Positions 31,630 through 40,719 of a stretch of DNA of 64,000 nt are shown here, in pieces (positions within the stretch are counted from its first letter, which is position 1; each line of letters opens with the position of its first letter). This DNA is from Candidatus Dadabacteria bacterium CSP1-2 (GTDB lineage Bacteria; Desulfobacterota_D; UBA1144; Nemesobacterales; CSP1-2): the NCBI GenBank assembly GCA_001443445.1, contig LDXN01000002.1:20939-84938 (forward strand). The letters run 5' to 3'. Under the pieces are notes generated by a model. The model had not been told where the DNA came from and did no database searches. It saw only the letters and a program-made list of their open reading frames with translations. Made by a program: the position numbers and the translations under genes.

Positions 31630-32064
31630 ATTTCTTACTATAAATTAAAAAACGTGTTATAGAAAATCATAATTTATTTCTTGTTAAATCTAAAAGGCGA
31701 TTAAAATCCTGTGTTTTAGTTAGTTCTGTTTAGAATATAAGGCTAAAAGAATGTTAACTGGAACATATAATGTCATACATTCTACGCTGGCCAGTATATT
31801 GGTCTGAAGTGACTTTGTACCAGAAGTAAACTTAATGGTTGGGCTTTTGTAATTTTTTTTGAAAGTATACTTGAGTATAATTTAAGTTTCTAAAAGTTAA
31901 CAAAAAATACTATTGAATAAAGCATACAATGAACTATTTTGGAAACACGACGACCATTTAAATGCCTTTGGAAATCTTATTTTTGGGCTTGCGTCAGCAG
32001 AAGTAATTAAGAACTATTTAGATGCTTCAGCTATAGACAGGTAAATAATGTTTCACACTGTCGT

Positions 32065-33630
32065 CTACATCCTGGCTTTTCTTTTGATCATGTCAAAGAG
32101 AAAACCGATCTCTTCAACCTTAAGAAGTTTTGCAATTGTAAAATAAAGTGCTACTGAAACTAAAACCGAGGCGAGAAATACTCCAATTTTTTCTAGGGAA
32201 ATTCCGCTCTGAGACCAATCGTAGAAAGCTGAAATCTTCCAAGCTGAAACACCCATAATTAGTGATGCCAATGTTATTTTAAGAACTTGCATTAACGTCT
32301 TTTTTACTTCTATCTCTCCCATGCGTCTACTTAGGGCAAAAAAGAGAAGAAAAAAATTAAAAGTCGAAGAGATCGAGCTTGCAAGCGCAAGCCCTGTGTG
32401 CTTAAGCCCGAAAGTAAATCCTAGTATATATCCGAAGAAGGCGTTTACGATAAACGCTAGGAAGGCAATCTTTACAGGGCTCTTAGTATCCTGAATAGCA
32501 TAAAAGGTAGGGGCGGTTATCCTTACTCCACCTACAGCCCAAAGCCCGACGGCATACCCAAGAAGTGCTTGTGATGTAAGAATAGTTGCTTCATACGAAA
32601 ATTCACCTCTTTGATATAGCAGATTGCAGATGGGAACTCTAAGTGATATTAGACCTGTAAGTGCAGGGACCATCACAAAGAGCATAAGCCTTAGAGCAAA
32701 TGAATAACTTGCTCTAAATCTCTCAAGCTCTCCTTTCGATGCTTGGGAAGAAAGATTAGGAAGTAGTGCAGTCGCAATTGATACTGCTACAATTCCTAGA
32801 GGGAACTCTATCAGCCTTTCTGAATAGTAAAGATAAGAGACAGTTCCTTCTGGAAGATTCGATGCGTACTGTGTACTTACAAGGATGTTTAAGTTATAAA
32901 CAGCAACTCCAAAAAGCTGGGGAGCCATAAGAAGCGCTATTTGTTTTACTGCTGGGTGACGAAGATTTTTTCTAAATTGGTAAAGAAAACCTCTATTCCT
33001 TAGGAAAGGGATCTGGAATGCGACTTGAATAAATCCTCCTATCATTACCCCTATGGCGAGAGAGAAAATCGGAAGATCAAAGTTTTGCTGAATAAGTAAT
33101 ACTGTGCCAATGACCACAATATTAAAAATTACAGGTGAAAAAGCAGGTGCGAAAAAATGCTTTAGCGAGTTTAGAACCCCCATTGAAAGCGCAGTAAGAG
33201 AGGCAAAAAGGATATAAGGAAACATTATCCGGTTGAGATTTACGGCGAGATTAAAGATTTCACCTTTAAAACCTGAAGCAAAAAGTTTAATTATAAAAGG
33301 AGAAAAGGAAACCCCTATGAGAGAAACAAGAATTAGAACTATAAAAAGAAGTGTAAAAGTAATATCAGAAATTTTTTTGGCTTCCTCTTTACCTTTTTTC
33401 TCTAAGTTTTCTGTAAATATTGGGATGAAGGAAACTGTGAGTGAGCCTTCGGCTAGGAGCCTTCTGAGAAGATTTGGAATTCTAAACGCAACATAAAATG
33501 CATCTGTCTCAGCTCTTGCGCCAAAGAAATAAGCTACCACCATATCCCTTGCATAGCCCATTATGCGGCTAAGAAGTGTAATAACCCCTACAATCCCGGC
33601 AGAACGAGTTATTTCCTCTTGATGTCTCAT
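32065..33630 (-). CDS. murJ: lipid II flippase MurJ (MviN)
   Basis: 521 aa with 14 predicted TM segments and the conserved N-terminus ...LSRIMGYARDMVVAYFFGA...AFRIPNLLRRLLAEG. Confidence 0.9.
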   Translation of the reverse strand: MRHQEEITRSAGIVGVITLLSRIMGYARDMVVAYFFGARAETDAFYVAFRIPNLLRRLLAEGSLTVSFIPIFTENLEKKGKEEAKKISDITFTLLFIVLILVSLIGVSFSPFIIKLFASGFKGEIFNLAVNLNRIMFPYILFASLTALSMGVLNSLKHFFAPAFSPVIFNIVVIGTVLLIQQNFDLPIFSLAIGVMIGGFIQVAFQIPFLRNRGFLYQFRKNLRHPAVKQIALLMAPQLFGVAVYNLNILVSTQYASNLPEGTVSYLYYSERLIEFPLGIVAVSIATALLPNLSSQASKGELERFRASYSFALRLMLFVMVPALTGLISLRVPICNLLYQRGEFSYEATILTSQALLGYAVGLWAVGGVRITAPTFYAIQDTKSPVKIAFLAFIVNAFFGYILGFTFGLKHTGLALASSISSTFNFFLLFFALSRRMGEIEVKKTLMQVLKITLASLIMGVSAWKISAFYDWSQSGISLEKIGVFLASVLVSVALYFTIAKLLKVEEIGFLFDMIKRKARM

Positions 33631-33789
33631 TGAGGCGTGTAGTTTATATCAAGACTAAAATCAATCAAGAAAAGAGGAGCTATGTCTTTTGGAATTAAAA
33701 TTAGTAATATGAAGCACTGTAAGTATTAAAATTAATCAGGTAAGTTTCTAAACTTGTATCAGCAGAAAAACGATAAGGGGTATTTGTTT

Positions 33790-34713
33790 ATGAGATATAG
33801 TCTCAGAGAAGAGTTGCCCGGTCTCTGGTTTTTGGACCTAAAAGTGGGTGGAGAAGAACAATATATTGGATCCTACATTATCGCATCTGGGAATGAGGTT
33901 GCTCTAGTGGAAGTGGGACCTTCAAGCACGGCTCTAAATGTAATCCACGCATTGGATGAAATAGGATTTCATCCTACGGATGTAAAATACCTCTTACCTA
34001 CACACGTGCATCTTGATCACGCAGGTGCGTCCGGAACACTACTCAAGCACTTTCCAAATGCTTCTGTAATTGCTCATAAGAGAGGGGTCGTGCATCTAGC
34101 TGACCCTGAAGCAACTCTTTGGAAGGCATCAAAAGCGGTCCTGGGCTTTGTTGCGGATATCTACGGCAAACCCGAACCCGTACCAAATGAAAAAATAATT
34201 CCGGTTGAAGACAAAATGAGTCTTACTCTCGGAAAACTCACTTTTGAGATTATTCCAACACCAGGGCATGCAAGTCACCACGTCTGCTTTTTCCTTAATC
34301 CAGGAAAGGTAGTTTTTACAGGAGACGCTGTAGGGGCTTATCTTCCGAGTCTTGATATTACACTTCCTCAAACGCCACCCCCGTTTAGACTCGAAGCCAC
34401 ACTTAAGTCGATCGAGACCTTGATTTCACTCGAACCAAGAATAGGTGCTTATACCCATTTTGGTATTTCACCAGAAGCAAAAAGAAATTTTAAAAATCAT
34501 TATAATCAACTTTTAATTTGGTATGAATGCGTAACTGAAGCTCTAAATAAAGGAATACCAAAAGATAGTATTCTGAATGTAATATCAGAGCGAGATAGTG
34601 ATCTAAAAAGGTTTCTTACTAACTCAAAGAAACTAACCGGTTTAAAAAGAGGAGTCGAGGTAAGCCTCAAGGGATTTATTGAGCTAGCTATGACAGAGAA
34701 AATGAGAACTTAG
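33790..34713 (+). CDS. MBL-fold metallo-hydrolase
   Basis: HVHLDHAGASG metal-binding motif. The ATG at 33790 is preceded by an AAGGGG SD. The ORF-track start at 33754 is TTG. Confidence 0.8.
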   Translation: MRYSLREELPGLWFLDLKVGGEEQYIGSYIIASGNEVALVEVGPSSTALNVIHALDEIGFHPTDVKYLLPTHVHLDHAGASGTLLKHFPNASVIAHKRGVVHLADPEATLWKASKAVLGFVADIYGKPEPVPNEKIIPVEDKMSLTLGKLTFEIIPTPGHASHHVCFFLNPGKVVFTGDAVGAYLPSLDITLPQTPPPFRLEATLKSIETLISLEPRIGAYTHFGISPEAKRNFKNHYNQLLIWYECVTEALNKGIPKDSILNVISERDSDLKRFLTNSKKLTGLKRGVEVSLKGFIELAMTEKMRT

Positions 34714-34940
34714 ATTTTTACCTCCTCAAATTCTATTTCATCTTTAAGATTTCTCAGTAGCTCTTTTACTTCATCAACGCGCTCATTTGTAGAAATAATT
34801 TTAATTAGTCCTTCTTTTGCATCTTCTGTTCTAGTCCATGCAAGATGAGAATAAGTGCCTATTATTGACTGAAAGTATACAGTGTTACTCGGATCTTTAA
34901 GTTTTACATATATAATCATTGCATATTCATTATAGAACAA
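34710..34940 (-). CDS. small conserved protein, DUF4911-like
   Basis: 76 aa. MIIYVKLKDPSNTVYFQSIIGTYSHLAWTRTEDAKEGLIKIIST resembles the DUF4911 family as I recall it. Low confidence. Confidence 0.3.
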   Translation of the reverse strand: MFYNEYAMIIYVKLKDPSNTVYFQSIIGTYSHLAWTRTEDAKEGLIKIISTNERVDEVKELLRNLKDEIEFEEVKI

Positions 34941-35502
34941 ACAATAAGCGAGTACTTTAAATCATCCTTTTTTCTAGTTTGTTATTGTCAGCAATCTTAT
35001 TTATAAACATTAATCCTATTAAAAATTTTAAAATAACTAATGTGATTCCCTACCCAGTTAAGAAATTACTATGAATCAACACGATCGTATATACAATCTT
35101 GTATCTACCCGGAACACATTTCCATACCTAATATTATGTAAGGAAAAAATAAATTGTGTAATAAACTAATTAGATACAATACATTTCAAAGATATCCATA
35201 AATATAACAGTAATCACAGCTTATAAATTTAATTTAAAGCCATTTCCGTTAGTCATTTATGTTCATCATATATCTTTTAAGGAATCATAACAATCATTCC
35301 GAGAAACATTATTTTTAAGCGGTAAGCTGCTATCACCAACAACTAGTTTAAAAATATAAATGTTGAAGTACCTTAGCTCTAATTTATAAAGTTTAATATG
35401 ATTTGTATACTGTACTTACTTGAAATCACAGCCTAAATTGCTGACGAAGCCTGTTGTAACTTTCCTCAAACATTAAAAAATTCAAAAATTTCAAAAACTT
35501 AC

Positions 35503-35529
35503 TTGACAAACTTTATATGTTTTTATATA
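35503..35529 (+). promoter_or_regulatory. candidate sigma70-type promoter of the dcw cluster (TTGACA-N15-TATATA)
   Basis: TTGACA at 35503-35508 and tatata at 35524-35529. It is about 40 nt upstream of the mraZ ATG and immediately followed by the MraZ-box repeats. Confidence 0.4.
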
Positions 35530-35558
35530 GTGGTTTAAAGTGGCATAAAGTGGCATAA
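35529..35558 (+). promoter_or_regulatory. MraZ operator: three direct AGTGGYATAA repeats at 10-bp periodicity
   Basis: agtggtttaa-agtggcataa-agtggcataa ends 11 nt before the mraZ start. MraZ autoregulates through direct G-rich GTGG(G) repeats with about 10-bp spacing upstream of mraZ (established for E. coli, Bacillus and Mycoplasma). Confidence 0.5.
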
Positions 35559-35569
35559 TTGATTATCAC

Positions 35570-36016
35570 ATGTTTAGAGGAAGATACGAACATACAATGA
35601 CTGATAAGGGGCGCATAAGCGTACCTGCGAAGTTTAGAGATGTTCTAAACGATAAATATGGAGAAGAATCCCTTATCATAACGAATTTTGATAGATGCCT
35701 AATAGTTTACCCATTAAAAGAATGGAATGAAATAGAAAGAAGGGCTGCTGAGCTCCCACAATTCAAGCAGGAAGTAATTTCTTTTCTTAGGCACCTTATA
35801 GGAAATGCGGATGACTCTCCCATTGATGGCCAAGGAAGAATTCTTTTACCTCAATCACTTAGAAACCATGCCCAGATAAAACGTGACGTGGTAATGATTG
35901 GAATGCTTACCAAGTTTGAAATCTGGGCAAAAGAGATATGGGACGAAGAAGAATCAAAAAGGGCATACGAGGAGTTTAAGAGAAGCAGAGAAATACTATC
36001 GGCGCAAGGGTTATAA
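35570..36016 (+). CDS. mraZ: transcriptional regulator MraZ
   Basis: MFRGRYEHTMTDKGRISVPAKFR and a second DxxGR repeat. Confidence 0.95.
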   Translation: MFRGRYEHTMTDKGRISVPAKFRDVLNDKYGEESLIITNFDRCLIVYPLKEWNEIERRAAELPQFKQEVISFLRHLIGNADDSPIDGQGRILLPQSLRNHAQIKRDVVMIGMLTKFEIWAKEIWDEEESKRAYEEFKRSREILSAQGL

Positions 36017-36982
36017 ATGGAAATAGCATTAGACATGGAATATCCAATTCATAAACCTGTTATGGTAAGAGAGGCAATGAAATTCTTAAGGCCTCACTCT
36101 AACGGTATCTATGTAGATGCCACTCTCGGCCTGGGAGGCCACACCGAGGCTATCTTAGAGTATGCAAATTCGCATGCGAAGGTTATTGCACTTGATATCG
36201 ATGATGAAGCGATTTCCTTTTCAAAAAACTACCTTTCAAGGTTCGAAACACAAATTAAATTTATAAATAAAAATTTCTCTCAAATTGATAAAGTCCTAGA
36301 ATCTCTCTCTATTAACGAGGTAGACGGAATAGTCGCTGATTTAGGAATCTCATCATTTCAACTTGAGTCTAGCGGAAGGGGGTTTAGTTTTCAGAGGGAT
36401 GAAAGGCTTGATATGCGTATGGATCCAGGACTTAGATTTACTGCGCACGATCTTGTCAATGAAATGGATGAAGAGGAGATCTCAAAGGTATTAAAAAACT
36501 ATGGTGAAGAGAGATGGGCAAAAAAGATTGCGATAGAAATCTCAAAATCTCGCAGTAAAAAACCCATAGAGACAACCCTTGAGCTTGCTAATATAGTTTT
36601 AAATGCAATTCCAAAAAAATTCTATCCTCATGGACGCCATCCCGCTACCAAAACCTTTCAGGCACTCCGCATAGCTGTCAATAACGAGCTTGAGAATCTA
36701 GAAATATTCCTAAAAAAAGCCCCTTTATTTCTTAAGCCCGGTGGAAGAATAGTCATAATCTCTTTTCACTCACTAGAGGATAGATTAGTTAAAAATACGT
36801 TCAAGGGTCTTTCATCAGCATGCATATGCCCCCCAGAGTTGCCAAGATGTGGATGTGGTCGAAAGAGCATTCTTAAAAACCTTACACACTCGCCGCTGAC
36901 CCCGAGTTTGGAAGAGATTAACGAAAATCCAAGAGCAAGAAGTGCAAAACTAAGAGCAGGAGAAAGGATTAGCTATGACTGA
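36017..36982 (+). CDS. rsmH: 16S rRNA (cytosine1402-N4)-methyltransferase
   Basis: HKPVMVREAM...GIYVDATLGLGGH...ENPRARSAKLR. The start could be 36038. Confidence 0.95.
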   Translation: MEIALDMEYPIHKPVMVREAMKFLRPHSNGIYVDATLGLGGHTEAILEYANSHAKVIALDIDDEAISFSKNYLSRFETQIKFINKNFSQIDKVLESLSINEVDGIVADLGISSFQLESSGRGFSFQRDERLDMRMDPGLRFTAHDLVNEMDEEEISKVLKNYGEERWAKKIAIEISKSRSKKPIETTLELANIVLNAIPKKFYPHGRHPATKTFQALRIAVNNELENLEIFLKKAPLFLKPGGRIVIISFHSLEDRLVKNTFKGLSSACICPPELPRCGCGRKSILKNLTHSPLTPSLEEINENPRARSAKLRAGERISYD

Positions 36983-37313
36983 GAGTGGAAACATTAGAAT
37001 AAAAGGAAAACCCAATTCCGATAAGACCTTTTTTTCACTTAGGCTATTCTTCCTTTGTCTTCTCGTAATTTGTATTGCCCTTTTGTATATACGCATTAAA
37101 GTCGAAACTATAAAATTCGGCTACGAGATTTCTGAAAACACAAAGAAGGAACAACATTTGTTAAGAGGGAATCTTCTTCTCCAAGCTGAATGTATGGAAC
37201 TAAAATCACCAGCAAGGATCGAAGGCATTGCTCGTGAGTCTGGTTTTAGATTTCCGACCCAAGATGACGTTATATTCGTTAAGGAGAAGACAGTCATAGG
37301 GGAGATAAGGTGA
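36975..37313 (+). CDS. ftsL: cell division protein FtsL (septum formation initiator family)
   Basis: 112 aa with a single TM and a coiled coil, between rsmH and ftsI. It overlaps both neighbours by 8 and 4 nt. Confidence 0.7.
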   Translation: MTESGNIRIKGKPNSDKTFFSLRLFFLCLLVICIALLYIRIKVETIKFGYEISENTKKEQHLLRGNLLLQAECMELKSPARIEGIARESGFRFPTQDDVIFVKEKTVIGEIR

Positions 37314-39226
37314 AAAAAACAAAAAACTCAAAGAGAATCTCCCTTGTAAGAGGTTTAGAGAAACCGGTATGGAAGGTTAGGTTAATAGGTGGATTAATCC
37401 TTGTCCTTTTTGCTGCCGTCTCTCTTAAAGCCCTCGAACTCCAGGTGCTTAACAGAGATAAGGCGCTCGATCTTGCAAGGAAACAACACTGGAAAAAGCT
37501 CACGCTTCTTCCTCGACGAGGTAAAATACTCGATTCAAAGAAAAAAGAACTAGCGGTAAACATAGAGGCTGAGTCAATCTACGTTCGTCCAAGGAATATC
37601 TTGGACCTTCCTGATTTTTCTAATAAGCTCTCCAAGCACCTTAATATGCCTCAAAAACAGATTTTAGCAATGCTGCTTACCGGAAAACCATTTATTTGGG
37701 TTAAAAGGGTTGCTAAACCTGAAGTAGTTGCTGAGATAAAAAAAGCAAACTTCGAAGGGGTAGGTTTTATAGAAGAGCCCAAGCGGGTTTATCCAAACAG
37801 TTATCTTGCCGGGCAAATTCTCGGATTTACCGATATTGATTCAAAGGGAATCGAAGGAATTGAATACTATCATGATGATTTTCTCGCAGGCACACCTGGA
37901 AAGATCATTGTTCAAAAAGACGCACGTGGGAAAGAGATCATAAGTAATTCAGTTGTTGTTGAAGAAAGTAAGACAGGGTTCGACATCTTTCTTACGATAG
38001 ATTCCCAGATCCAGTACATAGTTGAAAAAGAACTCAAAGAGGGTGTTGAAAAGTCCTCCGCTGATAAAGGGATTGCAGTACTTATGAAATCTGAAACTGG
38101 AGAATTGCTAGCTATGGCATCCTACCCATTTTTTGATCCAAATAAGATTGATAGGAATTCACAAGAAAATAGAAAAAACCTCCCGATGTGGTATTCGTTT
38201 GAGCCCGGTTCCATTATGAAGGGCTTTCTTGCCGCTGCAGCACTCGAAGAAAAGAAAGTAACTTCAAATTCAAGATTCAACTGTGAAAATGGAAGGAGAA
38301 AAGTAGGTTCCTCGATTATAAATGATGTCCACCCTTATGGTATTCTTTCTCTATCTGAGATTATTAAGGTATCAAGCAACATTTGTGCTTCTAAGATAGC
38401 TGAAACCCTGGGTAAGGATAGGCTATATGAACATCTGAAGGGTTTCGGTTTTGGCGAAAAAACTGGAATAGATCTACCAGGAGAATCAAGTGGAAGGCTT
38501 AGGAACTCGAAGGATTGGGGGGCAATTGGGCTTGCAACGATTTCTTTCGGCCAGGGAATCTCCGTTACTGCTCTTCAGCTTGCAACTGCACTCTCTGCCA
38601 TCGCAAATGGTGGGTATCTCATGAGGCCTTATGTGGTTGAAAAAATAACCGACTTGGATGGCAGAGTTATTCAAGAAAAGAAACCGGAGGTTGTAAGAAG
38701 GGTTATTTCATATGATACAGCCGAAGAGGTTACAAAAATTCTAGAAGGCGTTATGACTAAAGGTGGCACCGGTAACAGGGCCTCGATCCAAGGTTACAGG
38801 AGTGCAGGAAAGACAGGAACTGCACAAGTTCCAAATCCCGAGACTGGGGGATACTTCCCCGACCGTCATATTGCCTCTTTTATTGGTTTTGCTCCGGCTG
38901 ATGATCCTGAGATGACACTCGTGGTAGCTGTCGAAAACCCAAAAACTAGCCCATATGGTGGGGTTGTAGCTGCACCTATATTTAAAGGGATTATGGAAAA
39001 GGTCCTTTTCTATCTCGGTATTCCTCCTAAAACGACCTTTGCCCAATCTAGGTTTATGCCGAATCTAATGGGTATGAGCTCAAGGGATGTCCTTAGATGG
39101 GCGGAAAAAGAGGGAATAGAAGTAAATCTCAAAGGAACTGGTAGCGTTATTCATCAAAAACCTCAGGAGGGGGAGATAATAAAAGAAGACACAGTTTGCT
39201 TGATAGAGTTAAGACAGACAATATGA
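37310..39226 (+). CDS. ftsI: peptidoglycan D,D-transpeptidase FtsI (class B PBP) with one C-terminal PASTA domain
   Basis: TM anchor. SXXK (FEPGSIMK), SXN (SSN) and KTGT motifs. C-terminal MPNLMGMSSRDVLRWAEKEGIEVNLKGTGSVIHQKPQEGEII matches PASTA. Confidence 0.9.
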   Translation: MKKTKNSKRISLVRGLEKPVWKVRLIGGLILVLFAAVSLKALELQVLNRDKALDLARKQHWKKLTLLPRRGKILDSKKKELAVNIEAESIYVRPRNILDLPDFSNKLSKHLNMPQKQILAMLLTGKPFIWVKRVAKPEVVAEIKKANFEGVGFIEEPKRVYPNSYLAGQILGFTDIDSKGIEGIEYYHDDFLAGTPGKIIVQKDARGKEIISNSVVVEESKTGFDIFLTIDSQIQYIVEKELKEGVEKSSADKGIAVLMKSETGELLAMASYPFFDPNKIDRNSQENRKNLPMWYSFEPGSIMKGFLAAAALEEKKVTSNSRFNCENGRRKVGSSIINDVHPYGILSLSEIIKVSSNICASKIAETLGKDRLYEHLKGFGFGEKTGIDLPGESSGRLRNSKDWGAIGLATISFGQGISVTALQLATALSAIANGGYLMRPYVVEKITDLDGRVIQEKKPEVVRRVISYDTAEEVTKILEGVMTKGGTGNRASIQGYRSAGKTGTAQVPNPETGGYFPDRHIASFIGFAPADDPEMTLVVAVENPKTSPYGGVVAAPIFKGIMEKVLFYLGIPPKTTFAQSRFMPNLMGMSSRDVLRWAEKEGIEVNLKGTGSVIHQKPQEGEIIKEDTVCLIELRQTI

Positions 39227-40719
39227 TTTTAAGAGATCTAACGAGAGGACTAGAAATTAAAAAAGCTCTTATCAGAAATAATGTAGAAATTCTAGGAATC
39301 TCATACGACTCGAATAATATCCGTGATGGATTTCTTTTTGCAGCAATTAAAGGTGAAAAAACAGATGGACATAAATATATAGAGTCAGCCTTAAAGAACG
39401 GTGCTATAGCGCTACTTGTAGAAGACATCCCCTTTAACACCCCAAACGACATATCAATTATTCAAGTAGAAGACACAAAGTTTTCGCTTGCCAAAATCTC
39501 AGCAAATTATTTCGAGCATCCCACAAAGGAAATCACACTTGTAGGTATTACAGGAACAAATGGGAAAACAACTATTACCTATCTTCTAGAGTCAATCTGG
39601 AAGGAGATGGGTAAGAACGCTGGCGTTATTGGAACTGTTGAATATAGGTATTCAGGAAAGAAAATATCATCTCCTATGACAACACCCGAATCGCTGGATT
39701 TAATGAAGTTATTTAGAGATATGCGAACTTCCGGAGTCGAATGTATTGCAATGGAGGTATCTTCACACGCCTTAGATAGAAAGAGGGTTTCAGAGTGTCA
39801 TTTCGATACCGCGGTGTTTACAAACCTTACACAGGACCATCTTGACTATCATAGAACACTTGAGAACTACTTAGAGGCAAAGAAAAAACTATTCTCCGAG
39901 GTTCTAAGGCAAAGTGAAAAGGGTGAAAAATTCTCGATAATAAACATTGATGATCCATATGGAAAAGAAATTGCAAAAGACTCTTCAGGTAAAATTATCT
40001 ACTATTCAATTAGCAACAGATGCGAAGGAGTTCATGTAGAGAAAGCTTCTATTACTCCAGAAGGAATCTGGGCGCTTTTTAATACCCCATGGGGAAAGAT
40101 TGAGATAAGTTCAAAACTATTTGGCAAACACAACCTATACAATATACTTGCCGCCGCTGCCGCCGCTCTTTCCTTAGGCGCTTCGATTGAAGCTGTTGAA
40201 ACTGGAATTTCAAGAGTAGAATCAGTTCCTGGAAGGCTTGATAAGGTAGAAAACACATACGGAATCACTATTCTTATAGATTATGCTCACACCCCCGATG
40301 CATTAAGAAACGTTCTCATGGCTGTAAGACCTTTAACGCCTAAAAGGCTTATCCTTATCTTCGGATGCGGCGGTGACAGAGACCCTATAAAAAGACCAAT
40401 AATGGGAAGAATAGGAAGAGAGCTATCAGATATTCTTATTGTTACATCTGATAATCCTCGCACAGAGCGCCCTGAACTCATTATAGATGAAATAGAAAAA
40501 GGGGTCCACGAGATAAGCTCTGACAACAAAAACTATTTTAGAATTCCTGATAGGCGTGATGCAATAAGAAAGGGAATAGAGATTGCAGCTAGTGGTGATA
40601 CAGTCCTCATAGCAGGAAAAGGACATGAAACCTATCAGATTCTAGGGACAAAAAGGATTCCCTTTGATGATAAGGACGTAACAGGAAATATTTTGCGGGA
40701 GAGAACAAGGAATGCTTGA
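39223..40719 (+). CDS. murE: UDP-N-acetylmuramoyl-L-alanyl-D-glutamate--2,6-diaminopimelate ligase
   Basis: Mur ligase P-loop GITGTNGKTT and the DNPR motif. The preferred start is the ATGA overlap with the ftsI stop; the ORF-track start is 39196. Confidence 0.95.
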   Translation: MILRDLTRGLEIKKALIRNNVEILGISYDSNNIRDGFLFAAIKGEKTDGHKYIESALKNGAIALLVEDIPFNTPNDISIIQVEDTKFSLAKISANYFEHPTKEITLVGITGTNGKTTITYLLESIWKEMGKNAGVIGTVEYRYSGKKISSPMTTPESLDLMKLFRDMRTSGVECIAMEVSSHALDRKRVSECHFDTAVFTNLTQDHLDYHRTLENYLEAKKKLFSEVLRQSEKGEKFSIINIDDPYGKEIAKDSSGKIIYYSISNRCEGVHVEKASITPEGIWALFNTPWGKIEISSKLFGKHNLYNILAAAAAALSLGASIEAVETGISRVESVPGRLDKVENTYGITILIDYAHTPDALRNVLMAVRPLTPKRLILIFGCGGDRDPIKRPIMGRIGRELSDILIVTSDNPRTERPELIIDEIEKGVHEISSDNKNYFRIPDRRDAIRKGIEIAASGDTVLIAGKGHETYQILGTKRIPFDDKDVTGNILRERTRNA

